Part shown: positions 1 through 11,627 of the stretch, piece by piece
Layout: each line of letters opens with the position of its first letter
How positions within the stretch are numbered: the first letter of the stretch is position 1
Source of the DNA: Hypanus sabinus
Lineage: Eukaryota
Length of the DNA: 64,000 bases
Direction: 5' to 3'
Assembly (NCBI RefSeq): GCF_030144855.1
Contig: NC_082731.1
Coordinates: forward strand, 22,506,001 to 22,570,000
The notes under the pieces: generated by a model
Told to the model about the DNA's origin: nothing
Seen by the model: only the letters and a program-made list of their open reading frames with translations
The model's database searches: none
Made by a program: the position numbers and the translations under genes

Positions 1-384
1 TGTTTTCTATCTATGATTCCGTAAACACTATGTTAAATGTATTGACCAAGTATTCCTGAATGATGTGTTTTTCTTACGTGCCAGTGTAGAAATGATTGCA
101 TCACGCAGATCTGCCTGCGTTTCTGGCACTAGAACAATAGACAGGAGGACTGAACTGTCGTGATTCAGCAGTAGATTGCGAACATTTATGCTGCATTTCA
201 CATGCCAAGTTACTTCCATACCATGTTTGTCAAACGAGACTCATTGGTTCCCAACTGACATCAAATGCCAGAACAACAAAATGCGTTTTTTTTTTTGATT
301 TTCTGATTGCAAAACGTGATCCATATTTGAACCATGCCTCCGCACGCACCTTGCTGAATCCGTATTCTTCTCGACATTCAAAAA

Positions 385-1050
385 AGACCAGAAGATATAG
401 GAGCGGAGGTAGGCCATTCTACCCATAGAGTCTGGTCTGCCGTTCAATCATGGGCTGATTCAATCCTTCCAGTCATCCCCAAAGCACTAAATTCTACCCT
501 TCCCATTTGATGCTTTGGCTTATCAAGAACCTATCTATTTCCTTCTTAAATACACCGAATGGCATTCACCGATGCACTTGGCAACTAATGCACAGATATA
601 TCACCCTCTGGCTAAAACAATTGCTCCGCTTCTCTGTTGTAATGGACGTACTTAAATCCTGAAGTCGTGTCCATTCGACCCAGACTCCCCTACCATGGGA
701 AATCACTTTGCCATATCTAATACGTACAGGACTTTCAACAATTGTAATTTTTCTATGAGATACCCCTACATTCTCGTGAACTCCAGGGAACACAACCCAA
801 GTGCTCCCAAACCTTTCTCATTCGGTAACTCATTTCATTCCGGAATCATTCTCGTGAACCTACAATGAACCCCCTTCAATATCAGTACATATTTCCTGAA
901 GTGAGAAGACCGAAACTGTACCCAATACTGCAAGTGTGCTCTCACAAGTGCATTGCAGAACTCTAAAACCATATCCCTGCTCTTAACATTCTATACCCCT
1001 GGAAAAGAAATGTATTCGCATTCGTCATCACCAACATGTGCTCTTGATTT
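385..1050 (-). mobile_element. CR1 LINE 3' fragment, decayed
   Basis: Reverse complement of the chondrichthyan CR1 3' tail (GAAGATATAGGAGCGGAGGTAGGCCATTC...TTCAATCATGG). ORF 566-793 (-) resembles the CR1 ORF2 C-terminus (...RSNCFSQRV). Confidence 0.8.
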
Positions 1051-1884
1051 CCGGTAACGACAATATCTCGTAATTCAGAAATGGCCTGTGAGCGTTGAGG
1101 ATTTTATGTGTACCTCTTCATATTGTCATACTTTTAATTGAAGTCGCTGGCGACGAGACGGCATGCACGATGATGCTTCATCATACGGTTAAATAGATTA
1201 AATAATAATACTTACCAAACCTGCACCACGATCTATGATTATGAAACTTCCTTCTGAAACATTCAGCAATCAGATAGTTTCGCCCAATATTTGAAAGCTG
1301 CCGATTGCGAATGCTATCAGTTGTAAGCTGGACGTGTAATATCGATGGCCGATGTAATTGTTCATTTAATTTTCTTCAGCGCTTCTGTTGTCCCAGCTCC
1401 CCGGATGCGTGCCTTAAAGACAAGTAAAGTCAAAGACAAGTTTGTCCTAATATATAAAAAATAAAGTTAAGTTCAGTTCATTTTAAAAAACTAGCAGCAG
1501 CATCACTGTCGCATCATGTAGACATCATTCAGAAATATAAACTCAAATTAAAAAGGCATTATGTACGTTTGTACCGGACTGAAGTCGGCTGGACTGAAAC
1601 AAAAAAATATATAATTGTAGTGCAACACTAATCAGAGTGGTTAAACTGTTGCTAATCTGTAGTGATTATGTTTTCCCGGACGGTATTCAATCTCTGGAAA
1701 CTATTATTTTTTGGAATTTATTTGAATACATGGCATAAACTGAGATTCTAATTCAAATAACTCTATAATGCAGTAGTGTGGAATAATATTCTTTGAACAC
1801 CGATATCTTTAATGAGAAGGGATGCGGCCGAGCGATGTGGGAGATTCGATGATAACAACTTTCTACGAAGGCCAGCACGTTGGG

Positions 1885-3548
1885 CACATGTAAAATTATG
1901 TAGGGCAGGGATAGAAAAATAGAAAACCTGCAGCGCAATACAGTACTTCAGCCCATAAAGCTCTGCTGAACATTTCCTTACCTGAGAAATTAACTAGGGT
2001 TACTGAGAGCTCTATATTTTCCTGAGGTACATATATCTGCCCGGGAGTCTCTTGAAAGACCCCTTCGTATCCGTCTCCACTGCCGTCGTTGACAGCACAT
2101 TTCACGCAGTAACCACATTCTGCGTAAAACAAAACACCATCTTTCCCTGATATCTCCTCTATACGTGCTTCTGAGTACGTTGAAACTGTGTCCTCTCGTG
2201 CTAGCTTGTCAAAAAAGGCCTGTGACTCTCGACACTATTTAGTCCCTCATCAACTTATACATTCCCATCAGGTTAGTTCTCGACCTCAGTCGCTCAGAGA
2301 AAAAAAAGCAGAATTCAGTCAATCTGCTTTAAATAAGGGATACTACTCAATCCAGCAAAAATACTAGTAAATCTCTCCTGCACCCTTTCTCTGGTTTCCA
2401 CATGCTTCCTATAGTGAGGTGACCAGAAATCAGCACAGTACTCCAAGTGGGGTCAGACTGGAGTCCTATATATCTGTGATATTAGCTCTCGGCCAAAGAA
2501 CTGTAAGAATGCTTAACCACATAATCAACCTGCGCAGCAGACTTGAGTGTCCGGTGACTCGGCCCAAAGTTGACTCTGATACGCCACACTGCCAAGAGTC
2601 TTACAATTAATCCTATGTTCTGTCAAAATATTTGACCTACCAAAATGAATTACCTGACACATATTCAGCTGAACTCCATCTGCCACTTCCCAGCCCTGTT
2701 TTGCATCCTATTAATATATCGCTGTAACCTCAGACAGCCCTCTTCATTATTCCCAACAGCTCCAACACTTGCGTCTTTCGCAAATGTAGAAACCCATCAA
2801 TCCACCTCTGTTTACTGGCCATTTATAAGAAATGACGAAGTGCAGGTTCGCAGAACAGATCGCTAAGGCACCCCACTGTTGACCGACCTCCATGCAGAGT
2901 ATGATCTGTCTGCAGCCAGCCCTTGCCTTCTGTGGACAAGCCAGTTCTGGATCCACATAGTAATTTCCCCTTGGCTCCTATGCTTGCTTACTTCCTCAGC
3001 AAGCTCTGCCTGAGCTAACTTGTCAAATGTCTTGCTGAAATCAATATACATTACATATACTGCTCGATCATCATCTCTGTGTTTAGTCACATCCTCAAAG
3101 AATTCAGTCAGACTGGTAAGGCACGACCTGACATGCCGACTGTTCGTAATCATTTTATACCTCTCCAAATGTTCATAAGTGATGCCTCTCAGGATCTTCT
3201 CCGTCAATTTACCAACGACTGAGTTAATATTCACTTGGTTATATTTTCGGAGGCTCTCTCTGTAACCTTACTTGAATAAAGGAACTACATCCACCACCGT
3301 CCAATCCACCGGAACTTTTGCCGTCCTCCTTGATGATGCAAAGGTTATCGCCAGAGGCTCAGCAATCTCTTCCCTCAATTCTCACTGTAGCCTGGGGTAC
3401 ATGTCGTCCTGTCCCGGTGACCTATCCATCCTGATACTTTCCAAGAACTCCAACACATCGTCTACCTTAATATCTACATGCTCAAGCTTTTCAGTCAGCT
3501 GCAAACCATTCGTACAATCATCAATATCCTTTTCAGTAGTGAGTACTG
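1885..3548 (-). mobile_element. CR1 LINE ORF2 (reverse transcriptase) fragment, decayed, running into an assembly gap
   Basis: ORF 2863-3234 (-) contains SVVGKL..KIL, RSCLTSLTEFFEDVT and YIDFSKTFDK, typical CR1 RT motifs. 3382-3540 contains DRSPGQDDMYPR. CR1 3'-type sequence lies at 1885-2460. Confidence 0.9.
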
Positions 3549-3748
3549 NNNNNNNNNNNNNNNNNNNNNNNNNNNNNNNNNNNNNNNNNNNNNNNNNNNN
3601 NNNNNNNNNNNNNNNNNNNNNNNNNNNNNNNNNNNNNNNNNNNNNNNNNNNNNNNNNNNNNNNNNNNNNNNNNNNNNNNNNNNNNNNNNNNNNNNNNNNN
3701 NNNNNNNNNNNNNNNNNNNNNNNNNNNNNNNNNNNNNNNNNNNNNNNN
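3549..3748. other. Assembly gap (200 N)
   Basis: Run of N. Confidence 1.
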
Positions 3749-4149
3749 GTAAACATTTTGAACTTTTGCAGTACTACTTTGAAGAACTGGTTTTGCAAAA
3801 TCGCTTTAAGAACTGTTTTAAGCTGCCGCACAACAGCTAATTTCCGGTTGTGTTAGTCGTTTGTTTACTTTTGGGGGTTTGTTTTTCAGTGTTGTTCAGT
3901 ACCTCTCTAAGGAACAGCGGCATGCAGTTACTGCGTTTATGATCCTCGGCGCACACTAACCGGCTGCTTGATACTTAACACCCAGACAGCCAATTATCGC
4001 ATGCCAGATTACTTCAGACAAAAATTGTGGATAAGTGTCTCACAATGAGCAGGGAGCACCGTAATCGCATTTATCGTTTTGTCTGATTCGAACATTGATT
4101 GACAGAAACTACGAAGGAGTGTAAAGGACAGAGAGACTGTGAGAGATAA

Positions 4150-4355
4150 NNNNNNNNNNNNNNNNNNNNNNNNNNNNNNNNNNNNNNNNNNNNNNNNNNN
4201 NNNNNNNNNNNNNNNNNNNNNNNNNNNNNNNNNNNNNNNNNNNNNNNNNNNNNNNNNNNNNNNNNNNNNNNNNNNNNNNNNNNNNNNNNNNNNNNNNNNN
4301 NNNNNNNNNNNNNNNNNNNNNNNNNNNNNNNNNNNNNNNNNNNNNNNNNNNNNNN
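4150..4355. other. Assembly gap (206 N) inside the V-array spacer
   Basis: Run of N. The flanks match the GA-rich spacer at ~12090-12230. Confidence 1.
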
Positions 4356-5213
4356 ATAGTTAGAGGTAGATTATTTGAAAACAGTGACTGAATGTCCTTA
4401 AACCAGCTTTTTAATTTATTACAGAATGCTCACATCTCAGCATTGCAGACTTGTAACAAATATTACAAATATTACCTGCCGACCAGTTGAATGTATTATG
4501 ACTTTTTCCCCTGAATATAATGCGTCAAACACAACAGTCGTTGCCTGTTTTTATAACCATTACCAGATTCTGACATGAAATTATAATTACAGGCTTGGTG
4601 TCTGAGACAGAAGACAATGACCGTGTGTGACCATATCGAACATCCAGTTTGGAAGCAGTGAGAACGTCAAGCAAACGACGAAGTCAACTACATTACACAA
4701 ACTACGCATTTAACACTGCAGCATGCTTCATGCACAGTTAAACAAGCGTGTGTGGTCAACTCACTCTGAACATCAATCTCCGAATTGTTCTTCATACTGT
4801 TCGCGACCACAGAGTGAAAATTAGTGTCTTCAATGCATGTGGGACGCGAACAGACATTTTAACTTTCATATTATCTGTTTTCTGTAGTATATGAGAGAGA
4901 CAGAAAATCCGTCGTGGAACTTTTGCCATGTCAATCACCAAGGTAAAAGTAGAAATATAAATAACCTATCCTTACAATCCAGCTGTCCGCCGAGTTGTTT
5001 CGATATTTTGAAAATACTGAAAATCTAAATGCACCGCCCAATGTTGTGCATCAAATGACGTAGGCGAAGGTGATTTATACAAAATGCTTTTTACTGGGCG
5101 ATAGTCCAATCCTGAAATAGGAAAAACAACAACATTCTCCAAAAAATAACAAACAAACAAACAAGTAAACAACGACTTTCACTCATTAACGGATCTGCCT
5201 TCAGCACAACACC

Positions 5214-5653
5214 ATGTATTTCGAAAATCTTGTAGTTATAGTTACTGTCTTGTTTTCAGGTGGCTCTTTAATTACAAATCTTATGTGCGCCCCCTTTGGT
5301 TCATATACCCTCAGATTGCTAGATGTGTTATGCTTTTCTTGCACAGGTTTATGGAGAAGAGCGTTTATAACAGACGCCTCTTGTTCTAATTGTTGAGGAA
5401 GGGCAGACCACATCGCTCATCTGCAACCATACCGCATCGTACGACGGCGGTACCTTCTTCTGGTACACTCAGTTTCCCAAGAGAGTGCAGACAATTGCCA
5501 TCAATAAAATCTCACCCGTTGTTTTGAGGAACGATCTCCCGATTTGTCACACAACGTTTCTGTTTTATTAGTCAAAAGTATTTGGCACGTCACTTTAGCT
5601 ATCGCCGGGGCGTTCGTGTCCGATTTTGCAAAGTAGCTTTGTCTAATGAAGAC
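5214..5653 (+). pseudogene. TCR alpha/delta-type V pseudogene, B-type copy 1 (B1)
   Basis: Leader MYFENLVVIVTVLFS with GT donor at 5260. The homologous acceptor is mutated (CAG to CAC). In-frame TAA in FR1, +2 insertion after FR2 (AAAATCTCACCCGT), TAG before the LC motif. Confidence 0.9.
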
Positions 5654-5692
5654 CACACAGAGTTTTAACAGCTAACCACCCGCAGAAAAGAA
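5654..5692 (+). other. Degenerate 23-RSS of B1
   Basis: CACACAG - 23 nt - AGAAAAGAA. Confidence 0.7.
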
Positions 5693-6339
5693 CAGATGAT
5701 CAAGCCGGCTGTCCCCAGGGTGCGCACGAATGCAATGAACGTAGCTTATTTGTAAAAACAAGGAGAGAGAATAGGCGTACACGGGAGAAGAGAACTAAAC
5801 CTTTTTATTTTGTGATATGCAAATCGATATTACGTGCGACCAGGCCGACCAGATACTGCTGCCGTATTACACAAAGCAACCAATGGGAAATATAAAATTG
5901 TAAGAATTAAATGAGTCAGTCAATGGATGCACAGTAGAACCATCTTTTTACAGAAAATTTAGTTAACCACACAGGACAACGTCTCAGAAATAAAATTTGA
6001 CTTTTATATTACCTGTGTTCGAACTGTATTAGATTTTTCATGCAGCTTTGCCCATGATAATGAATAAAGTAAAATTGGAAATGCAAATAAGCTATACTTC
6101 AGAGCAGCTCTCAGTCAACGTTCGGATATTTTATATGTCTTGACAATTCAAACGTACCTCCGAATGATTTGCAACAAATGACGTACTCGAAGTTGATTTG
6201 TTCCAAAACTGATTACTTCATTGGCTCGCCAATCCTGAACTATGAAACCGACATCTCGCTACAAAATAAAGCAGTCATATTTGAGCTCTCTGTTGTCATA
6301 CGTGGACGTGCAGGTGTTATCTCGCTTCGAAACAACGTC

Positions 6340-6766
6340 ATGTCCTTCGCGTAGCTTGTCATGATAGTCGCACTTCGAGGTGTCTAAAAGTATAAATCTG
6401 ATGTTCGCCTTTGGTTTCAGTAACCATCAGGCTGGTAACGGTGTTTCCCATTCTTGCAGAAGCTTGCGGCGAGGAGACATTTTCCCAGAAACCGCTTGAA
6501 CTAACTGCTGCGGAATGGCAGACCGTCACGCTGAACTGCAACTATTCCACTCTTTACGACACCAGTACTGCTTTATGGTATCTTCAGTTTCCCAAAGCAG
6601 AGCCGAAATTTCTTATAAAGAAACTCACCAGTGGTTTCGAGGATAGATCTCCTGATTTGCCAGACAGATTTTCCGTTTTATTAGACAAAAGTAATCGGCA
6701 ACTCACGTTAACCATCACTTGGGCGCTCGTCTCCGGTGCTGCTACGTATTTTTGTGCCATGAAGCC
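6340..6766 (+). pseudogene. TCR alpha/delta-type V, A-type copy 1 (A1): open V exon, dead leader
   Basis: V exon 6460-6766 (307 nt) is open with C23 (LNC), W41 (WYLQFP) and C104 (YFCAMKP). The leader reads ATG TCC TTC GCG TAG, has a 6-nt deletion, and its donor is GTGTCT. Confidence 0.88.
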
Positions 6767-6805
6767 CACATTGGTTTATAATAGCCACAGACCGGGACAA
6801 AAAAC
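6767..6805 (+). other. 23-RSS of A1
   Basis: CACATTG - 23 nt - ACAAAAAAC. Confidence 0.95.
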
Positions 6806-8213
6806 GAATAACGGCATTCGTGTTGTCTCCAGAGGGCACTCCAACGCGTTGTACTTTGCCGATTTGAAAAAAAAGAAGAAATATGTAAGCATACATTGGA
6901 GCAGCGAAGTAAAACAGTTACTTACAAAGAACTAAGCTATCGTATGCACAGTGTTGAATATAATCTGAAATGTCATTGGGAGCAAATATCTGCTGCAAAA
7001 CCTAATATGTAATCCACTGATCCCACTCCGTGAAACGATGCTGTGCCAACATAAATTGTTTCATATAACTGATGGGCCCTAAGGAATAGCGGCATATAGT
7101 TTCTGCGCTCTGGTTCCCCTGGCGTCCGGTTACCTTCAGCTGGATATTTATGAACCAGAGCGACTATTATTGCCTGCCGGCTTACATCATGGAAAAAATA
7201 ACTGTGTTTAAGGGCTTCATGATGAGAATATAACTCCTTAGTACTAATGGTTTTGGTCTAGCATTTATGTTATATTTTCATGTTTATATCGAGTCTGATT
7301 CAGAGTTCATTGTGGAACTACCTCTGCACGTGATTTCAGCGCAAATCAGCGTTGTTTCATTGCAATGTCGAATCTTATGTATTCAGTTATATATTAACCG
7401 AAATAAATTCCACTGAGGTCCAGTGAGATCTGTTTTTAATATCCAGCTTTGATGTTTGTTGCAGAGCGACACCTGTAATTAAAAATCGAATTAATATCTT
7501 TAATTGAAAAAAATGAGAACGTCAAGCAAACGATTGTCAGCTACTTTGCCCCAACTACACAATTTACACTGCAGCAAACAACATGCACAGCTAAACAAGT
7601 GTGTCTGATTACATAATTCTGAAAAAAAAAATAATACCCGAATTGTTCTTCATATTGTTCACGACCTCAGTGTGAAAATGAGCTTCTTGAAGACAAAGGG
7701 GACGCGACCATACTTTCGTGCGGTAGCGTAGATGGCAACCAAATTTAACGAAACATTGCTTATTTGAAAGGAATCAATCGATAACTGGAACGATAGAAGA
7801 AGCATTCGATGGATGATTTAGCTAAACCCAACTGACAATTTCCAAAGAATAAAGAATAACTGTCATAGTATCTATTTTCTTATGTAAATGAAAGATACGG
7901 AAAATCCGTCGTGGAGCGTCTGCCCATGTCAATCACCAAAGTAAAAGTAGATATATAAATGAACTGTACTTACACTCCAGCTCTACTCCGAGCTGTTTTG
8001 ATACTTTGAACATACTGAAAATAGAAATGTACCTCCCAGTGACGTGCGTCAGGTGACATGTTCAGATGTGAGTTGTCCAAACCGTTTTTATTTGATGACA
8101 GGCCAAACACGAAACAGGGGCACAACAAAACTCCGCAACATAAAACAATCAGATATGCGCTTTGAGTTCTGATACATAGATCTGCAAGTGTGATCCCCTT
8201 TCAGGATAACACC

Positions 8214-8658
8214 ATGCACTTCAAAAAACTTGTGATAATGGTAAATGTCATGTATCGGGGTGCGTCTAAAAGTACGAATCTGAGGAGCGCTCATTGGTTT
8301 AATTTACCCTCAGTTGTTAACTGTGTTATGCTTTCTTGCAGCCACATGAGGCAAAGCGTCAGTATCCCTGGAACTGCTTGAACTAACGACCGCGGAAGGA
8401 CAGACCGTAACCAACAAACGCAAATATTCCGCTTCTTATAACAGCGGTAGCGCTAGCTGGTATTTTAGTGCCCGGGACAGCGCAGAAACTTAAAAAAAAA
8501 CAAACAAACAAAAAACTCATCTGTGGTTTCGGGGTGTGATCTCCCGATATGCAAAACAGCTTTTCTGTTTACTTATTTCAAAGTACTCGGCAGGTCCCTT
8601 TAGCAATCGCCGTGGCGATCGCGTCCGACGTTGCAAAGTAGTTTTATGCCATGACGAA
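8214..8658 (+). pseudogene. TCR V pseudogene, C-type copy 1 (C1)
   Basis: Leader MHFKKLVIMVNVMYR with GT at 8260 and acceptor AG at 8340-8341. C23 is lost, there are frameshifts and a poly-A expansion, and TAG lies in FR3. Confidence 0.85.
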
Positions 8659-8697
8659 CATATTGGTTTATAACAGCTAAAGGCACAGACAGAAACG
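8659..8697 (+). other. Degenerate 23-RSS of C1
   Basis: CATATTG - 23 nt - ACAGAAACG. The critical CAC is altered. Confidence 0.75.
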
Positions 8698-8735
8698 AAG
8701 AGTGTCATTAGCGTTGGAACATTGAATGACAGAAA

Positions 8736-8888
8736 NNNNNNNNNNNNNNNNNNNNNNNNNNNNNNNNNNNNNNNNNNNNNNNNNNNNNNNNNNNNNNNNN
8801 NNNNNNNNNNNNNNNNNNNNNNNNNNNNNNNNNNNNNNNNNNNNNNNNNNNNNNNNNNNNNNNNNNNNNNNNNNNNNNNNNNNNNNNN
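8736..8888. other. Assembly gap (153 N) inside the V array
   Basis: Run of N. Confidence 1.
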
Positions 8889-9527
8889 GATCATTTGAAA
8901 GAGAGTAAATTGAATGCCCCTATAGCAGTTTACTCAGTTGTTTCAGAATGTTCACTTCTGAACTTTACAAACTTGCACCAGATATTGCCTGTTGAGTATT
9001 TGAATGTGTTATGTATTTTTTTTTTCTCTCTGAACATAATGCATCAAGCACACAGTCGTTGCCTGTTTGAATAACTATTGCATGTCTCTAACATGAAATT
9101 AATATTACAGGTTTGTTGAATTAGACTGAAAACAATGACTGTGTGTGAGCATATCGAACATTCATTTTGAAGCTGTGAGAACGTCAAGCAAACGGTGAGG
9201 TCCGCTACGTTGCAAAAACTACACAATTAACTCTGCAGCAAGCTTCATGCACAGCGAAACAAGCGTGTGTGCTCCCCTAGTTCGCAACATTAATCTCCTA
9301 ATAGTCCGTCATATTGTTCGCGACCGCAGTGTGAAAATTAGTGTCTTGAATGCATGCGGAATGCGACCAGACCTTCGTGCGGTAGCGCCGAAGGCAACCA
9401 ATTGGAACGAAATTAGCATTTTTTCAAACGAGTGAAACGATGACCGGCACAGTAGTAAAAGCTTTCGATGGACGATTTAATTTAGCCCAGATGAGTTTCC
9501 CACGAATAAAATTTAACTTTCCTGTTA

Positions 9528-9652
9528 CAAGTTACAGACAAAAAAATTGTGGTGGAGCGCAGCAGGCCATGCAGCATCTATACGAAGAAGCACTGTCAAC
9601 GTTACGGGCCGAGACCCCTCGTCAGGTCCTAAGCACAGATTACCTCGTGATT
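9528..9652 (-). mobile_element. Short Penelope-like-element-derived insertion with a hammerhead-like motif and a target-site-like duplication
   Basis: Absent from the paralogous spacer at ~14320-14360. Similar to the PLE termini at 30048-30180, 58850-58950 and 63185-63320. Flanked by an exact 12-bp repeat TTTAACTTTCCT (9512-9523 and 9656-9667). Confidence 0.75.
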
Positions 9653-10052
9653 AATTTTAACTTTCCTATTATCTGTTTTCTGACGTAAATGAGAGAGACA
9701 GAAAATCCGTCATGGAAATTTTCCATGTTCCTCACCAAAGTAAAGGTAGAAATTTAACTGAACTGTACTTAAACTGCAGCTCTCCGCCGAGTTGTTTCGG
9801 TATTTTGTACATACTGGAAATCCAAATATAACTCCCAATGATATCCATCAGATGACGCAGGCGAAGATGATTAGTTCCAAATTCATCTTATTTGGTGACA
9901 GGCCAATCTTGCTTCAGGGAAACTGAAGAACAACAACAGTCTAAAAACAAACAATCACACAAACAATCAAACAATCAAACAAGCAGGCATGAGCTTGGTG
10001 TTCTCATACATAGACTTTCACAGATTAACGGATCTGCCGTAAGGACAACAAG

Positions 10053-10484
10053 ATGCATGTCGAACATCTTGAAGTGATAGTACTTGCCGTGTTCCCAAGT
10101 GGGTCAAATGTTACAAATCACATGTGTGAAAATCTTGCATCATATACCCTCAGACTGGTAGATGTGTTATGCTTTCTTGCAGGAGTTTACGGCGAAGAGC
10201 TATAACAGCAGAATCCGCTTGTTCTAGTTTTTGAACAGGTGCAGACCTTATCACTCAGTTGCAACTATACCGCATCTTACGACAGCGGTGCCGTACACTC
10301 AATTTCCGGAGGAGGCGCCGAAATTTGAAATAAATAAAATCTCACCTGTGGTTTCGAGGAACGATCTCCCGATTTGCCACACAGGTTTTCTGTTTTATTT
10401 GTCAAAAATATTCGGCATATCACTTTATCAATCGCTGGGGGTACTCCTGTCCGATATTGCAAAGTAGCTTTGTGTAATGAAGGC
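10053..10484 (+). pseudogene. TCR V pseudogene, B-type copy 2 (B2)
   Basis: Leader MHVEHLEVIVLAVFP with GT at 10099 and acceptor at 10181-10182. TAA in FR1, an 8-nt deletion removing the W41 codon, the shared +2 insertion, and TAG before LC. Confidence 0.9.
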
Positions 10485-10523
10485 CACGTTGAATTTTAAC
10501 AGCGAACTACCCGCAGAAAAAAA
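10485..10523 (+). other. Degenerate 23-RSS of B2
   Basis: CACGTTG - 23 nt - AGAAAAAAA. Confidence 0.75.
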
Positions 10524-10983
10524 AAACAGATGATCAGCCGGGCTGTATCCAGGGGGCGTCCGAATGCGATGAACTTAGCTTATTTGGAAAGAAAAAAGAC
10601 ATAGATTAAGCTTAACTGTATTTCAGATAAGCAATTCGAAATTACGTGTGACCAGGGCGACCAGATATTACTGCCGTATTGCACAAGGGAAATGTAAAAA
10701 TATAAAATTGTATATTTTAACCGAGTGAGTCAATGAATGCACAATAGAACTATCTCTCGAAAGAGAATGTATTTAACCTCATTTGACAACGACCCAGAAA
10801 CGAAATTTGGCCTTTATATTATCTGTGTTCTATCTGTCTTAGATCTGCCATACAGATTTACTCCATGATAATCAATAAAGTAAAATTGGAGATGCAACTA
10901 AACTATACTTCAGACCAGCTCTCTGCCAACTTGTTCGGATACATTGTATACTTTGATAATTCAACTGTATCTCGTAATGTTTT

Positions 10984-11047
10984 GCGTCAGATGACGTAGG
11001 GGAAGTTGATTTGTCCCAAACCTGTGTTACTACGTTGGCTGGCCAAT
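10984..11047 (+). promoter_or_regulatory. Putative V promoter of A2: CRE/ATF half-sites plus CCAAT box
   Basis: GCGTCA-GA-TGACGT at 10984-10997 and CCAAT at 11043-11047, about 160 and 110 nt upstream of the ATG. The same layout recurs upstream of most V copies. Confidence 0.6.
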
Positions 11048-11152
11048 CCTGAACTGTGAAAACGATAACTCTCTACAAAATAAAACAGTCCGATTTGAGC
11101 AGTCTGTTCTCATGCAAAGACTTGCAATGGTTCTGTCCCTTTGAAAAACGCC

Positions 11153-11588
11153 ATGTACTTCGCACGTCTTATCATGATAGTAATCGTCGCGCTTCGAGGT
11201 GAGTCCAAAATTACAAATCCGATGTCCGACCTGTGGTTTCATTTACCGTCGGAGTGGTAACTGTGTTTTGCTTTCCTGCAGGCACTTGCGGCGACGAGCC
11301 AGTATCGCAGAAACCGCCTGAATTAACTGTTGGGGAAGGGAAGACCGTACCGCTCAACTGCAACTATTCTGCTATATACGATGACAGCACTGTTTTCTGG
11401 TACATTCAGTTTCCCAGGAGAGCGCCGAAATTTCTAATAAAGAAACTCCCCGGTGGTTTCGAGGAACGATCCCCCGAATTGCCAGACAGATTTTCTGTTC
11501 TACTAGACAAAGTTAATCGGCATGTCACTCTAACCATCGCTGGGGCGCTTATCTCCGATGCCGCAATGTATCTTTGTGCAATTAAGCC
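11153..11588 (+). CDS. Potentially functional TCR alpha/delta-type V gene segment (A2): leader 11153-11198, intron 11199-11281, V exon 11282-11588
   Basis: Spliced product MYFARLIMIVIVALR-GTCGDEPVSQKPPEL...LNCNYS...FWYIQFP...RFSVLLDK...SDAAMYLCAIKP. GT/AG are canonical, the leader junction is phase 1, C23/W41/C104 are present and there are no stops. The CNYS, WYxQFP and YLCAxKP ends resemble TRAV/TRDV; the family is not resolved. Confidence 0.9.
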
Positions 11589-11627
11589 CACATTGGTTTA
11601 TAACAGGTACAGACCGGGACAAAAAAC
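11589..11627 (+). other. 23-RSS of A2
   Basis: CACATTG - 23 nt - ACAAAAAAC. Confidence 0.95.

Noticed and set aside
28-219. ORF with a hydrophobic stretch and AIISTLARKK, faintly like a TCR constant-region transmembrane exon
   Set aside because: No conserved TM Lys/Arg pattern, no clear splice sites and no C-domain exon nearby.
6411-6935. ORF-track versions of the V genes with intron-derived N-termini and read-through past the RSS (also 11233-11754 and 15862-16287)
   Set aside because: These are artefacts of unspliced, unrearranged translation. The real structure is leader exon, intron and V exon ending at the heptamer.
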